Source of the DNA: a virus
Lineage: Duplodnaviria; Caudoviricetes
IMG/VR virus record: IMGVR_UViG_3300021387_001758
Span: 14,388 to 78,387 of that record
DNA length: 64,000 nt
Direction: 5' to 3' (one strand)
Shown here: piece by piece, positions 1 to 10,847 of the stretch
How positions within the stretch are numbered: the first letter of the stretch is position 1
How the letters are laid out: the number at the start of each line of letters is the position of its first letter
Translations under genes and position numbers: made by a program
The notes under the pieces: generated by a model
Database searches by the model: none
What the model saw: only the letters and a program-made list of their open reading frames with translations
Told to the model about the DNA's origin: nothing

Positions 1-802
1 TGGTATAAAGACGTTGGTTCCAGCTCTGAATATTTTTAAGTGTCTCATCTACCTCATCACGAGTCGCGCCATCATAGAAACGGTTCTTAAACCCTCTCTT
101 TTCGAGCCAGCGCACTAACTCACCAGTAGATTCAAAGTCACTCGCGTTTTTTACGTTCTTTGGAGTAAATTCTCCTGTCTTAACCAGCTTATCATAAGAA
201 GAAAGAAGCTTATCAAAATCTTCTCCCTCTCTAATCCTGCAATCTATTTCATAAGAAATCTTACAAATCTTAACAGCTTGGTCGCCTTGTAGCGCGCCAT
301 TGATATTCTGAGTCAATAAAAGCCCATCATATAAATTTTCCAAATAATGAAGAGCTTCATCATCATAATTAAAACCCCATTTCTCTTGGAGTTCTCTCCT
401 TTTGTCATCGCTAACTAAAGGAATAACTTCAGATAAGCCGCCTTGATTTTTCAGGTCTATATAAGCATCATAATAATCTTTCCAACCTATTCCATCATAC
501 TCGGAAGCAAAAAACATATTTGCATAAACTGGGAAAGCATCATCGCCATTAATATTCCTTAGTCTCTCAAATTCCTCCGGAATAAAAGGAATATCAATAT
601 ACTGACAAAGCTTGTCAATAAAATCCCATTCAAAATTATGCTCTTTTAAAAGCTCCTCAATGCAATCATTACAAATTGGCAAATGCTTATCTTGATAGAA
701 AATAGATTTGGTTCTAATATAGTTGGAAGAATTTTGCGGGCGGCCGCAGTGTTCGCACATCTTAGACGAGAAAACTGGTTTCGCATCAAAATTTCTATCC
801 AT
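1..802 (-). CDS. Partial CDS running off the left edge; N-terminal CxxC...CxxC Zn-finger protein, possible terminase small subunit-like gene
   Basis: Manual translation from ATG at 802 (TAATG overlap with upstream ORF): MDRNFDAKPVFSSKMCEHCGRP...ICNDC...QEKWGFNYDDEALHYLENLY; open to position 1. The function is recalled from similar genes preceding terminases in large Firmicute phages, not shown here. Confidence 0.45.
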   Translation of the reverse strand, partial: MDRNFDAKPVFSSKMCEHCGRPQNSSNYIRTKSIFYQDKHLPICNDCIEELLKEHNFEWDFIDKLCQYIDIPFIPEEFERLRNINGDDAFPVYANMFFASEYDGIGWKDYYDAYIDLKNQGGLSEVIPLVSDDKRRELQEKWGFNYDDEALHYLENLYDGLLLTQNINGALQGDQAVKICKISYEIDCRIREGEDFDKLLSSYDKLVKTGEFTPKNVKNASDFESTGELVRWLEKRGFKNRFYDGATRDEVDETLKNIQSWNQRLYT

Positions 803-1065
803 TAATCTTTTCCTCTATCCTTATTAGCTTTTTTCATAATAAAAAGTAAGTTTCTTCTTTGGGCCTTTGACATTTTCGGAACTTTTTCAAAAAGCTCGTC
901 AAAAAGTTCTTCTGCGCTTTTCGTAATCGTTCTTTCTTCATCTTTAAAAAGCTTGATTCCGCAAACCGTCAATAAACCCAAATATTCTTGGACTGGTAAT
1001 TGTATAAGCTCTCTTGCGAACTTATCCATATACTTATTAAGCTTTCGCTCATTTTTATCTACCAT
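802..1065 (-). CDS. Hypothetical protein (87 aa)
   Basis: ORF track; translationally coupled to both neighbours. Confidence 0.7.
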   Translation of the reverse strand: MVDKNERKLNKYMDKFARELIQLPVQEYLGLLTVCGIKLFKDEERTITKSAEELFDELFEKVPKMSKAQRRNLLFIMKKANKDRGKD

Positions 1066-2462
1066 TATTTTTTCTTCTCCTTCTCTTTTTTCTTAGCATC
1101 GCGCCGTTCCTTTTCGCATCTCTTACATTTCGAGTTAAAACCTGTTGCAGATTTACTTTTCTTCACGAAATTCCTACTATGGAGAAGTAGGGTTCTCCCA
1201 CAAAAATTACATTTTCTGAAGTTTTCCGGAAAGAACAAATTTCCAATAACCTCAAAATGGTATTCTGCGGCTTCATTAATTTTTTTAATAACCTTTTGCT
1301 TAAAGATAGTACTAATATAGTTTGTTGTATAATTCTTCCCATACTTTTGATTAATGAACTTTGCTATGTCCTGATTTCGCTCCCCTTGGATTTTTAGGCG
1401 CAAAATATCTTGTTGGGCGTCGCTAAGCTCCGCAAACTCCATGTAAAAGTAAAGCGTATCAAGTAAAGCCCCACTATTAGTTTCAAAGTTGAAGTCGGCT
1501 TCTGCTCTGGCCGCAGACTCTTCCAATTCCTGTATCATGGAAATGATCTGGTAAACGTCTTCTTGGCGGCGGAAATCAAGGAAGTTGGGGGTTTGGTTTA
1601 GTTCGGAAATTTTCTGCCAGTAAAATTGGGAAATGTAAGAAAGTTCAGAAGATGTATACTGCGCGGGGTCGAAGTCCAATCGAAAAATAAGCTGGGAGTA
1701 GTCTGAGTTAATGTTGAAAAGACCCAGCGGCGCAACTAAAACGTCACAATCCCAACTTATAGAGTCGTTTGCGGGCGGGCGCAACTCGTAGGAGGAAGGA
1801 AGTAGAGTCGGCGCATAGGAGTCCTTATACGTAAATTGCTGTTTACGAAGTTCGACTAATTCGTGACGTTTTTTAAGGTAGGAGTAGGGGTTGAGGTGGA
1901 GGGAACGCTCTTCGAGGGTTTTTTGTTCCTCTTCTGTAAATCGGTTCAAAAGCTCGTCGCGCGGTGGGGTTTTGCGTTTTCCGCTTCGTAAATCGTAGTA
2001 GTTTAGGGTAAGTTCGAGTTGGTCTATCGACCTCCATAACTCTTCTAAAATCGCTAAAATCTCTGGTGGAGCCGACTTACGAGCTGCCGCACGACTAAAT
2101 GTAGCTTTGGGTTGGGTATAGTGGACCGGATCGTTCGTTAGGGTTGCTTCGTTGAAGGTGGGAGCTTCAATAAGGGCGTCAAGCGATTCAGTTTTTTCCT
2201 TTGTATCCCAAGTCCCATGACTCGTCTTAATCTCTATGCCGGCTTTAGCTGCTACGGTTTCTTTTTTGTTAAAGGTTTTTTGGGTTAGGGGTTCCTCGTT
2301 TTGGCTTGCGTTTAAGGCGCGGCCCCATAGAATGTAGTTACCCATTGTTTCGAGTTCGTCGGATGTTGGGTTGAAGTCAATACGTTGAAGATAGTCTTCG
2401 AGGAATTTTTTGCGTTCCTCGGCATCTATAATTGTAAAATCTAGGTGTAATCGGTTTGCCAT
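1065..2462 (-). CDS. 465-aa protein with sigma-region-4/LuxR-like HTH and C-terminal Zn ribbon; candidate transcription regulator
   Basis: LSDAQQDILRLKIQGERNQDIAKFINQKYGKNYTTNYISTIF (HTH-like) and CNFC...CKRC. Confidence 0.55.
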   Translation of the reverse strand: MANRLHLDFTIIDAEERKKFLEDYLQRIDFNPTSDELETMGNYILWGRALNASQNEEPLTQKTFNKKETVAAKAGIEIKTSHGTWDTKEKTESLDALIEAPTFNEATLTNDPVHYTQPKATFSRAAARKSAPPEILAILEELWRSIDQLELTLNYYDLRSGKRKTPPRDELLNRFTEEEQKTLEERSLHLNPYSYLKKRHELVELRKQQFTYKDSYAPTLLPSSYELRPPANDSISWDCDVLVAPLGLFNINSDYSQLIFRLDFDPAQYTSSELSYISQFYWQKISELNQTPNFLDFRRQEDVYQIISMIQELEESAARAEADFNFETNSGALLDTLYFYMEFAELSDAQQDILRLKIQGERNQDIAKFINQKYGKNYTTNYISTIFKQKVIKKINEAAEYHFEVIGNLFFPENFRKCNFCGRTLLLHSRNFVKKSKSATGFNSKCKRCEKERRDAKKKEKEKKK

Positions 2463-2543
2463 ATATCTAATCTATGAATACGCTCGGCTTCGATTTGGTT
2501 TGTGGAGAGGTGAAGCGAACGTTAATTTTCCTCCTATAATATA

Positions 2544-2572
2544 AGTATAGCAGATTGCGGAGGAGAAGTCAA
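2544..2572 (-). promoter_or_regulatory. sigmaA-type promoter for the leftward operon
   Basis: TTGACT-N17-TATACT on the minus strand. Confidence 0.75.
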
Positions 2573-3287
2573 ATTTTAGAAGGCATAGGTTGAAAAAAAT
2601 ATCTTGTGGGGATAATAGGTTCAGATTTTTGTTTCGTGGAGATAATGTAGGGGCCGTTTTTCTCTAACGCTTTCCAAAACCTTCCTTTTCCTAAAATAAC
2701 CCCGGCCCTTCGAGCGATTGACTTTGTTAAATTTTTAACAACCTCTTCATCAATTCTCACTCAATTTTTCCGCAAGTTACTGTCGCCCAAAAGAACATAT
2801 GTTCTTTTTTCTATTGTCAAAAAATTTTTAGAATTTCGAAAGAATTCCTAAAAGGGGCCGGTCATTTTTTATTCACCCCTCTTCAATAAAAACCACCCCT
2901 CTTTTAGTCGAACAAAGGAGATCCTATTCTGCGGGCCAGGGTCGCGAAAAAGAACATATGTTCTTTTATTTAGTCCGGACTTTGTTAAATTTTTAACAAA
3001 GTCGTAGTCCGGACTTTGTTAAATTTTTAACAGGTGATCGTCTTATCTTTGGGACGTTTTAGTCCGGCCTTTGTTAAAAATTTAACAAAGTCCCGCGCGA
3101 GTTGGGGGGCCAAACACTTTAGCGCATTAAAGTAGTAAAGCGAACCTCTTCATTTTGTATTGTGTATACAGTATACAAGGACAAAAAAATAAATTAAAAA
3201 GATAATAAAAAAATAATAAAAAGGGGTTGACAAGTTATAGTATCCATGCTATTATATATATGTAAGAAAGAGAGAGGAGAAAAGGAA

Positions 3288-3698
3288 ATGACAAAGGCTT
3301 ACTACTTCGATATGGACGGCGTGCTCGCAAACTTCCATAAGGCATATAAAGAGGATAGAATGGTTGCTCTTAAGAGAGATAAGATGGCGAACCTTGAACC
3401 GTTCGAAGCAAACGTGAAACTCGTTCGCAACCTTATCGCACATAACGAAGTAGTATATGTACTCACTAAGGCAGCCAACGAAGAGGCGATGGAAGGCAAG
3501 ATTGAATGGCTTGCAAAGTACGTTCCTGAGATGGATAAAGAACACTTCATTTGCATCGTAGGTCATGGTAAGAAAGTTGACTTCATTCGTGAAGATGGCG
3601 TACTCGTTGATGATGATATGAAGAACCTTAAGCCGTGGGCAAAGGAAGGACACGAAGTATACTACGTAGAAGAAAAGGGAATGGAAGTAGTATTCTAA
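3288..3698 (+). CDS. HAD-superfamily phosphatase, 5'(3')-deoxyribonucleotidase-like
   Basis: YFDMDGVLANF motif I and LVDDD motif IV; start moved to the RBS-preceded ATG. Confidence 0.75.
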   Translation: MTKAYYFDMDGVLANFHKAYKEDRMVALKRDKMANLEPFEANVKLVRNLIAHNEVVYVLTKAANEEAMEGKIEWLAKYVPEMDKEHFICIVGHGKKVDFIREDGVLVDDDMKNLKPWAKEGHEVYYVEEKGMEVVF

Positions 3699-3873
3699 AG
3701 ATAGAAAGAGGGTAGATAAAAGGTTTACCCTCTTCATTTATAGATAGAAAATAGATAGATAAATAGACAGTGAAAAAAGTTTAACTAATTTGTAAAAAGG
3801 GGTTGACAGTACCTCTTCATTGTGGTATATTATAGTTAAGGAAAGGGAAGATAATTGAAAGGAAGGTAAACAA

Positions 3874-4050
3874 ATGAGGAATATAAACACTGAAAACATT
3901 ATTATAGCAATTACAATAATTGCGGCAATTATCGGAACAATCATTGGTATTATTGCAATCGTAAACGGACAGATAGTAGACAGTGAAACAGTTAGCCCCG
4001 CCAACCCAGCAAGTCCCGTTCATCAGTTAATGAAGAGTGTAATGTATTAA
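3874..4050 (+). CDS. Small membrane protein (58 aa)
   Basis: Manual ORF MRNINTENIIIAITIIAAIIGTIIGIIAIV..., RBS GGAAGG, own promoter and terminator. Confidence 0.65.
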   Translation: MRNINTENIIIAITIIAAIIGTIIGIIAIVNGQIVDSETVSPANPASPVHQLMKSVMY

Positions 4051-4308
4051 AGAAGTCGAAAGACTTCTTTTCATTTACCAAGGGACGAACATACGTTCGC
4101 ACCAAGCGAACATATGTTCGTCTACTGCGGGCGGCCGCGCGCACTTTAGCACGTTAAAGCATTAAAGCATTAGTATCGAGTTTGTTTGTTAATTAACAAA
4201 CGACATATTTATACATTGAAATGAATATTTATTTTTTTAATTTGAGGGTTGACAAATATATTCAGTTGTGGTATATTATAATTGACGAAAGGAAAGGAGA
4301 AAACACAA

Positions 4309-5052
4309 ATGACAAAACTAATATTCGATACTGAGACTACTGGACTGGATAAGCCGTTCTGTTACAATGTGGGCTATATCATTGTTAATGATGAGGGTAT
4401 GGTAGAGGTAAAGAAAGAGTATGTATGCGAGCAGGTATGGCATAATCCAATGCTATTTACTACTGCATACTATGCGAACAAAAGACCAATCTATGTTAAC
4501 AGAATGAGAGCAAGACAGATAACAATGAAGAAATTCGGTTATATCTGTCAAGAGATGATTAGAGATATTGAGCGCTATAATGTTACAATGGCTTTTGCTT
4601 TCAATAGCGACTTTGACGAGAAAGTGTTCGACTTCAATTGTGAATGGTTCAAATGTAATAATCCTTTTGATAATGTGGAAATTAAGGATATTAGAGGTTT
4701 CGTTCATCACTTCTTAATTGATAACGAGTTTAAAGCATTTTGCGAAGAACACGAACTGTTTACAGAATGTGGTAACTATTCCACCACAGCCGAAACAATG
4801 TATAGATATATAACTGATGATAATACTTTTGAGGAAGAGCACACGGCGTTAAGTGATAGCATTATTGAGTGGGAAGTATTGAAGAAATGTATTGAAAGGG
4901 GCGCTGATACTACAGAGAATTATAAAGCGTATCGCTCAATTAAAAGAGATACCGAAAAGGTATTAACAATTGATAATAAAGGCGATATATATACAATTCC
5001 TTGTAAAGAGTATAAAGTTTATAAAAGCAAAAATAAAATTGTAATTAAATAA
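4309..5052 (+). CDS. DEDDh (DnaQ-like) 3'-5' exonuclease
   Basis: FDTETTG, AFNSDFD and HTALSD motifs. Confidence 0.8.
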   Translation: MTKLIFDTETTGLDKPFCYNVGYIIVNDEGMVEVKKEYVCEQVWHNPMLFTTAYYANKRPIYVNRMRARQITMKKFGYICQEMIRDIERYNVTMAFAFNSDFDEKVFDFNCEWFKCNNPFDNVEIKDIRGFVHHFLIDNEFKAFCEEHELFTECGNYSTTAETMYRYITDDNTFEEEHTALSDSIIEWEVLKKCIERGADTTENYKAYRSIKRDTEKVLTIDNKGDIYTIPCKEYKVYKSKNKIVIK

Positions 5053-5148
5053 AAAAGTTTTGAAAAAGGGGTTGACAAACCCCTTTTTCCATGTTATTAT
5101 ATGTATGTAAGAAAGAGAGAGAGTTAAAAAAAGAAAGGAAGTAAAAAA

Positions 5149-5349
5149 ATGAAGTTCTTTAAGATGATGAAGGCGGCGGTAATGATTGGTAAAATGTTCA
5201 GCGATGAGGAAAAAATCAAAGAGTTAATCGACGAATACTTTGCCGAAACCGGATTAACAGTCACTGTTGAAGAGGTAAAGGCAAACGATTCAGAAAAAGT
5301 CGACTGGTTTGCGGAATGGGTTTCTGATAAGGTTATCGCACAACTTTAA
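5149..5349 (+). CDS. Hypothetical protein
   Basis: ORF with RBS and its own promoter. Confidence 0.65.
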   Translation: MKFFKMMKAAVMIGKMFSDEEKIKELIDEYFAETGLTVTVEEVKANDSEKVDWFAEWVSDKVIAQL

Positions 5350-5452
5350 AAAATAAAATAAAAAAATAAGCGAAAGGGGTTGACAAAACCCCTTTTGTAT
5401 TGTATTATAATTATAGAAAGAGAGAGGAAGAAAAGAAAGAGAGGTAAATAAA

Positions 5453-5611
5453 ATGACAAGAAAGATGGTAGAAGAAAGAATGAAATTCGTTGAAGAAAGA
5501 CTTTTCTATATCGCGATGGTAGATATGCCGACCGCAAGAGATAAAGAACTTGAAAGAGAATTTGAACACGAACTCAAAGGACTTAAAGAACAGATGAAGG
5601 CGTTCGGTTGA
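5453..5611 (+). CDS. Hypothetical protein (52 aa)
   Basis: Manual ORF MTRKMVEERMKF..., RBS GAGG. Confidence 0.6.
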   Translation: MTRKMVEERMKFVEERLFYIAMVDMPTARDKELEREFEHELKGLKEQMKAFG

Positions 5612-5841
5612 CGGACGCTTTTTTATGTCAACCAAAAGAACATATGTTCGTCCTGGCGCGGGCGCGTCCACTTTAGCACACTAAAGCGTTAAAGTGTAGA
5701 TCTTTCGGGCGCGCTTGTTAAAAATTTAACAAAGTTCCTCTTCAAAAAATTTTAAATTTTTTAAAATAAATACTTGACAAATAAATATATTTTATATATA
5801 ATATATATAGAAAGAGAAAGGTAAAAGAAAGGAAAATAAAA

Positions 5842-6285
5842 ATGACTAAAGCAATTTACTTCGATATGGATGGAACAATCGCTAACCTTTACGGAGTTGA
5901 AAATTGGTTAGATATGCTTATCAATGGAGACGAAACACCATACAGAGTGGCGAAACCGATGATAAAAATGAATGTACTTGCAAGGTACTTAAACAAGTTA
6001 CAGAGACATGGTTATATAATCGGAATTGTTAGTTGGTTGTCTAAAGGTGGAAACACAGAATATAATAAAAAAGTAACAGAAACAAAAATCAAATGGTTGC
6101 ATACTCACTTGAAAAGTGTTGAATGGAACGAAATAAAAATCGTTGAATACGGAACACCTAAAGAAACGATTGTAAACTATCCAAAAGGTATTCTGTTCGA
6201 TGATGAAAAACAGAATAGAAAAAATTGGAAAGGTAAAGCATATAAAGAAAATCAGATTATGGAAGTGTTGAAAGCGATTGCATAA
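5842..6285 (+). CDS. HAD-superfamily phosphatase (paralog of 3288-3698)
   Basis: YFDMDGTIANL and ILFDDE motifs. Confidence 0.75.
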   Translation: MTKAIYFDMDGTIANLYGVENWLDMLINGDETPYRVAKPMIKMNVLARYLNKLQRHGYIIGIVSWLSKGGNTEYNKKVTETKIKWLHTHLKSVEWNEIKIVEYGTPKETIVNYPKGILFDDEKQNRKNWKGKAYKENQIMEVLKAIA

Positions 6286-6370
6286 AATCGCTTTCAACCT
6301 TAAAAAAGGTATTGACAAGTTAAAAATTATATGCTATAATAAAAGCAGATAAAGGAAAGGGGAAAAGAAA

Positions 6371-6664
6371 ATGACACAGAGTATTATGCAGTTGGCGGAA
6401 TTATTAGACGAGTGGAATATTCCTTATGAATTAACTGACGATGTATGCGGAAACGAAAATAATCAGTTATGGTATCCTAACTATAAACATAATATTTGTG
6501 ATGTAATTTGTCACGAATACAGTTACGGCGGAAAAGATGGCTTACTTGAAATAATGGGTTTAGTCCCTGAAGAGGTCGGCGATGATGTAGAAGGGTATTT
6601 AACAGTTGCGGAAGTATTCCACAGAATTCTGCAGGACTATTGCGAAAATAAAGTAAAAAATTAA
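6371..6664 (+). CDS. Hypothetical protein
   Basis: ORF with RBS and promoter. Confidence 0.65.
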   Translation: MTQSIMQLAELLDEWNIPYELTDDVCGNENNQLWYPNYKHNICDVICHEYSYGGKDGLLEIMGLVPEEVGDDVEGYLTVAEVFHRILQDYCENKVKN

Positions 6665-6755
6665 AAAGTTTTTTTCTAAAAAGGGTTGACAAACCCTTTT
6701 TTTCATGTTATATTATATATGTAAGAAAGAGAGAGATAAAAGAAAGGAAAAGAAA

Positions 6756-6929
6756 ATGGCTTACGTAGAAATGTTCGATTATGTGCTTTCTGTAGAACAG
6801 TATGAACGCGAACGCGCGCAGTACCACGAAGAATGGTTAGCGATGGATGATTGGGACCGTTCATGGTATGATGATGAAGAGGAATTCATCGAAGACCGTT
6901 TCCATTCCGCTTGCTATCCGGATGACTAA
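6756..6929 (+). CDS. Small acidic hypothetical protein
   Basis: MAYVEMF... after RBS; D/E-rich. Confidence 0.6.
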   Translation: MAYVEMFDYVLSVEQYERERAQYHEEWLAMDDWDRSWYDDEEEFIEDRFHSACYPDD

Positions 6930-7227
6930 AGAAAAGAAAAGTAAGCCGCAAGGCTTATTTTTTTCTATCCATCAAAAGAACATATGTTCGGGCGCGGCCG
7001 GCCGCACTTTAGCGCATTAAAGTAATAAAGTGCGCGACTTTCGCCGTCGATTGTTAAATTTTTAACAATTGATCCTATATATATATTATAATTCTCTTCC
7101 CATTATATCATACCATACAAGAGAGATAATGTCAAGGGAAAAATTAAAAAAAATTTGTTAAATTTTCCCTTGACAGATTAAAAAACTCATGCTATAATAA
7201 AGACACAAAAGGAAAGGAGAGTAAAAA

Positions 7228-7464
7228 ATGAAAGCATTTGTTACGAAAGCAAACTCGGATTATTGGTACAAAATTAAAGAATTTGACACGATGGAAGATA
7301 TTGCAAAATTTATGAAAGAGGTTGAGTGCGGATTAATTATTGAAGAAAATGATTATACTGACGATGTACTTTTTGAATTTTGGGACGGAATGAAACAGGA
7401 AGACATTCCGATTATTAAAGAATGTGCTTTACATATCACTATTTACAATGATTATGTAGAATAA
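7228..7464 (+). CDS. Hypothetical protein
   Basis: ORF with GGAG RBS and promoter. Confidence 0.65.
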   Translation: MKAFVTKANSDYWYKIKEFDTMEDIAKFMKEVECGLIIEENDYTDDVLFEFWDGMKQEDIPIIKECALHITIYNDYVE

Positions 7465-7678
7465 AAATTCTGATAAAGAGAAAAGAGTTAGTCTTTACTA
7501 ACTCTTTTCTTTTGCGCGTCCCTCTTCAAAAAAAAACTTGACAAAATAAAAAAAATATGATATAATATATATAGAAAATAAAAAAGAAAAGAAAATTTGA
7601 AAAAAAATTAGAAAAAGGGTTGACAAACAAAATTTGAGTGGTATAATAATAGTAGAAAAAGAGAAAGGAGAAAAGAAA

Positions 7679-8035
7679 ATGGCTGTTAGTAGAAAAGTAG
7701 AAAGAGAACTTTTGAGAGAAGAGTATTTGAACAAACTGATTGAGTACTTTAAAGCCGATGAAGATGTTTTGAGAGTGAAAAGTAACGAAATCGCATTTCC
7801 TGTAGTTGGTTGTAACGATAGTGAGGATTTTATCGTAATTACAGTAAAAGTGCCTACGGGTGCAAACAAAGGTACAGAGCCTTACGATGGTTACGAACTT
7901 GCCGAAGAATACGAAATGAAGTTGAAAGAGAAAGAACAGAAAAAGAAAGAAAAGGCAATCGCAAAAGAAAAGAAAATCAAGCGTGACGAAGAAGTCAGAC
8001 GCAAGAAAAAGGAAATCGCCGAAAAAGGAAAATAA
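7679..8035 (+). CDS. MAVSRKVERE-family protein with lysine-rich C-terminal tail (paralog of 13361-13720)
   Basis: Clear sequence similarity to 13361-13720 (VLRVKSNEIAFPVVGC, KVPTGANKG.EPYDGYE.AEEYEMKLK). Confidence 0.75.
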   Translation: MAVSRKVERELLREEYLNKLIEYFKADEDVLRVKSNEIAFPVVGCNDSEDFIVITVKVPTGANKGTEPYDGYELAEEYEMKLKEKEQKKKEKAIAKEKKIKRDEEVRRKKKEIAEKGK

Positions 8036-8123
8036 AAAAAATAAAAAATAAAAGAGAAAAGGGGTTGACAAAATCCCTTTTTTCATATATAATATAATTG
8101 TAAAGAGAAAGGGGAAAGAAAAA

Positions 8124-8306
8124 ATGAAAAAGAAATACAGACTGAATAAAGTAAAATTTATCCGTTTTATCTGCTTTACAATTATGCTTTTAATCATCGG
8201 TTGGTTCATGGTTTCATACATTGAAATTCTTTGTAAGAATATCACAGAAAATCCGACTTACAGCGACTGGAATTTTATCTTTGTTGCACAAAAACTTTTG
8301 AAATAA
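8124..8306 (+). CDS. Small membrane protein
   Basis: Hydrophobic segment FICFTIMLLIIGWFMVSYI. Confidence 0.6.
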   Translation: MKKKYRLNKVKFIRFICFTIMLLIIGWFMVSYIEILCKNITENPTYSDWNFIFVAQKLLK

Positions 8307-9159
8307 TCACCTTTTACCTCCTTTTTTACAATATATGGAAAAGGTCACCACTGAGTGGTGACTTTTTCCGCTCTTCAAAAAGAACATATGTTCGCCTCCG
8401 GCGCCGGACCGGAGATTGTTAAAAAATTAACAATTTCGGCACCGCGCACTTTAACGCTTTAACGTGGTAAAGTGTACGCAGACGGGCGCGCCCGCTTTAG
8501 CGCGCTAAAGTGGTAAAGGATTGTACTAAATAAAAAACATTAAAAAAGGTATTGACATTTAGGGCGGGCGGGTGTATACTATAATTGTTCCAAGGGAGGG
8601 ACAAACGAAAATAAAAAAAATAAAAAAAGTTTGAAAAATCCCTTGACAAATCAAAGCCAATGTGCTAATATATACTTGAGGGTAGGAGAGTTAAGGGTTT
8701 ACCTCACTACAAAGTAGCAAGCAGTCGCAAGTACAAGCACTACCGAAAAAACCCGAAAAAAGTTTAAAAAAAGTGTTGACAAACTAAAGCAAATGTGCTA
8801 ATATATAATCAAGGAAAGGGAGATACTTCTGAGACTGTTCCCCAATACCGAAAGGCAAGAGAACTGTGAGCCAAATAAAATTTGTAGCCGCATAGGAAGT
8901 ATCACCCGAAATCCTAAAAAAATCTAAAAAAGGTATTGACAAACTTGAAAAAGTATGTTAATATATAAATGTCAAGAGGGTCGTGGAGAGGTCGCCCCAC
9001 GAAGTAGCGTAAGAGGATAACACACAGACCTAAATCGATAAGTGAAAACCTCTTGACAATATTACAAAAGTGTGATAATATATAATCACAGAGAGGGAGA
9101 CAGGAACTCCCAAAGGTAACTAAAAAGGGTCACGACCAACGTGAGAAAGTAGGTACACT

Positions 9160-9501
9160 ATGACTAACAGAGAATTCTTCGAAATGGTAATGAATGGTAA
9201 CGTAACTGACGAGGTTAAGGCTCACGCTGAAATGTCGATTGAGAAACTCGATGCGCGCAACGCAAAGAGAGCATCTCAGCCGTCAAAGAGAGCGATTGAG
9301 AACGAACCTATCAAGGCTAACATCAGAGAGTATCTCGCTGATAAAGAGCCGACTACGGCAAGCGAAATTGCCAAGGGACTTGAACTGACTGTTCAGAAAG
9401 TTTCCGCACTGTGTAGACAGATGGTAAATGATGGTATTCTCACCGTTACCGAGGTTAAGGTAAAGGGAAAGGGCAATCAGAAAGCGTATGCTATCGGTTG
9501 A
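9160..9501 (+). CDS. Winged-helix DNA-binding protein, paralog 1 of 3
   Basis: TASEIAKGLELTVQKVSALCRQMV wHTH-like segment; similar to 12643 and 14729. Confidence 0.7.
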   Translation: MTNREFFEMVMNGNVTDEVKAHAEMSIEKLDARNAKRASQPSKRAIENEPIKANIREYLADKEPTTASEIAKGLELTVQKVSALCRQMVNDGILTVTEVKVKGKGNQKAYAIG

Positions 9502-9794
9502 CAATAATTCCCAGCCGGGAAGAGAGAGAAAATCTCTCTCTTCCTTTTTTTACCATTCCGCGGTTAACAATAACAGGTATTATGTCAACCGCGACAATAA
9601 TAATATTATTGTCAACCGGCCAAAAATCTTTATCCACAGATTGTTAAATTTTTAACAGGGCGGCCGGCCGCGCGCACTTTAGCGAGTTAAAGCGTTAAAG
9701 GATCGAGCCAAAAAAATAATTGGAAAAAAGTACTTGACAAGTCCTCTTCATTATGGTAATATATACTTGTAAGAAGGAGAAAGGAGAAATAAAA

Positions 9795-9986
9795 ATGACT
9801 TGTACTGAATGGAATAAAGGGATTAAGTTCCTCACTACTGCAGAGGTAGGCGCGTGGGTTGACCACGAAGACCGCACAGTTATTATCGAGGAGATGTGCG
9901 GAGGCAGATATTTACTCCTCGACCGCAAAGAAGTTTGCGGGGTGACCGATTCGGTCATCGAGGCGATGTCATTCCTTAGGGGATAG
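9795..9986 (+). CDS. Hypothetical protein
   Basis: ORF after GGAG RBS. Confidence 0.55.
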   Translation: MTCTEWNKGIKFLTTAEVGAWVDHEDRTVIIEEMCGGRYLLLDRKEVCGVTDSVIEAMSFLRG

Positions 9987-10140
9987 GCAACCGCCTTTTT
10001 TATTAACCAATGAACGAACGTTCGCGCGGCCGGCCGCGCGCACTTTAGTCTGCTAAAGCATTAAAGGATCGAAAAAAAGTACTTGACAAATCCTCTTCAT
10101 TATGGTAATATATGGGTAGAAAGAGAAAAGGAGATAAAAA

Positions 10141-10314
10141 ATGAAAGTGATTTTTGCAGGGTATCTTATTGTAGTCTTTTCCCTTGGCGTTCATGGGATT
10201 TTTTATGATAAAACCGATAAAAACGGAAATTTTAAAGTAAATTGGCCTTTTGGTTTATTTCTTTTCTTGTTTGGACTTACTCCCATAATTGCGAAAATAT
10301 GTAATTTAATTTGA
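10141..10314 (+). CDS. Small two-TM membrane protein
   Basis: Manual ORF MKVIFAGYLIVVFSLGVHGIF..., GGAG RBS. Confidence 0.55.
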   Translation: MKVIFAGYLIVVFSLGVHGIFYDKTDKNGNFKVNWPFGLFLFLFGLTPIIAKICNLI

Positions 10315-10383
10315 AATTGCACTTGACAAGTCCTCTTCATTGTGATATACTTATTATAGAAAGAAAGGAAAGGAGAAAGGAAA

Positions 10384-10551
10384 ATGAAAACGTACTTATT
10401 TGAAGATTTTGAAACGGGTGAGAGATTCTTTGTTGAAGAGGAAACACCGGAAAAGGCAATTGCAGTTGCCGATGAATATTTTGACCACGCTATTTTCATG
10501 TGGGAAGTATCCGAAGAATGGGCGGACTTGGCAGGATTTGACACTTACTAA
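10384..10551 (+). CDS. Small acidic hypothetical protein
   Basis: Manual ORF MKTYLFEDFETGE..., RBS. Confidence 0.6.
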   Translation: MKTYLFEDFETGERFFVEEETPEKAIAVADEYFDHAIFMWEVSEEWADLAGFDTY

Positions 10552-10655
10552 AAAAAATTAAAAAAGTTTTGAAAAAGGGTTGACAAGTTCAACCCTTTAT
10601 GGTAATATATAATCGTAAGGAAGAGAGAGTTAAAAAAAAGAGAAAGGAAAAAGAA

Positions 10656-10847
10656 ATGATGTACTTAGTAATTTTTATCGAAGAATACGTTGGCTACCAC
10701 TTTGACGAACACACCAAGTTTTTCAAGGATGAACAGTCGGCAAAGGAATATTGCCAGAAATTAAACGCCGAATTTGCCGAAGAAAATCATTGTTCGGTTG
10801 AAGATTTAGGTGACTACTACACGGTTGAGTGGGTTAAGGAAGGTTAG
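10656..10847 (+). CDS. Hypothetical protein
   Basis: ORF after RBS. Confidence 0.6.
   Translation: MMYLVIFIEEYVGYHFDEHTKFFKDEQSAKEYCQKLNAEFAEENHCSVEDLGDYYTVEWVKEG

Noticed and set aside
8815-8915. Hammerhead ribozyme in the three-way-junction transcript
   Set aside because: CTGAGA lacks the CUGANGA spacing and there is no GAAA...UH core
9630-9638. Perfect DnaA box TTATCCACA next to a Rex box
   Set aside because: Single copy; one 9-mer can occur by chance in 64 kb, so no origin claim is made
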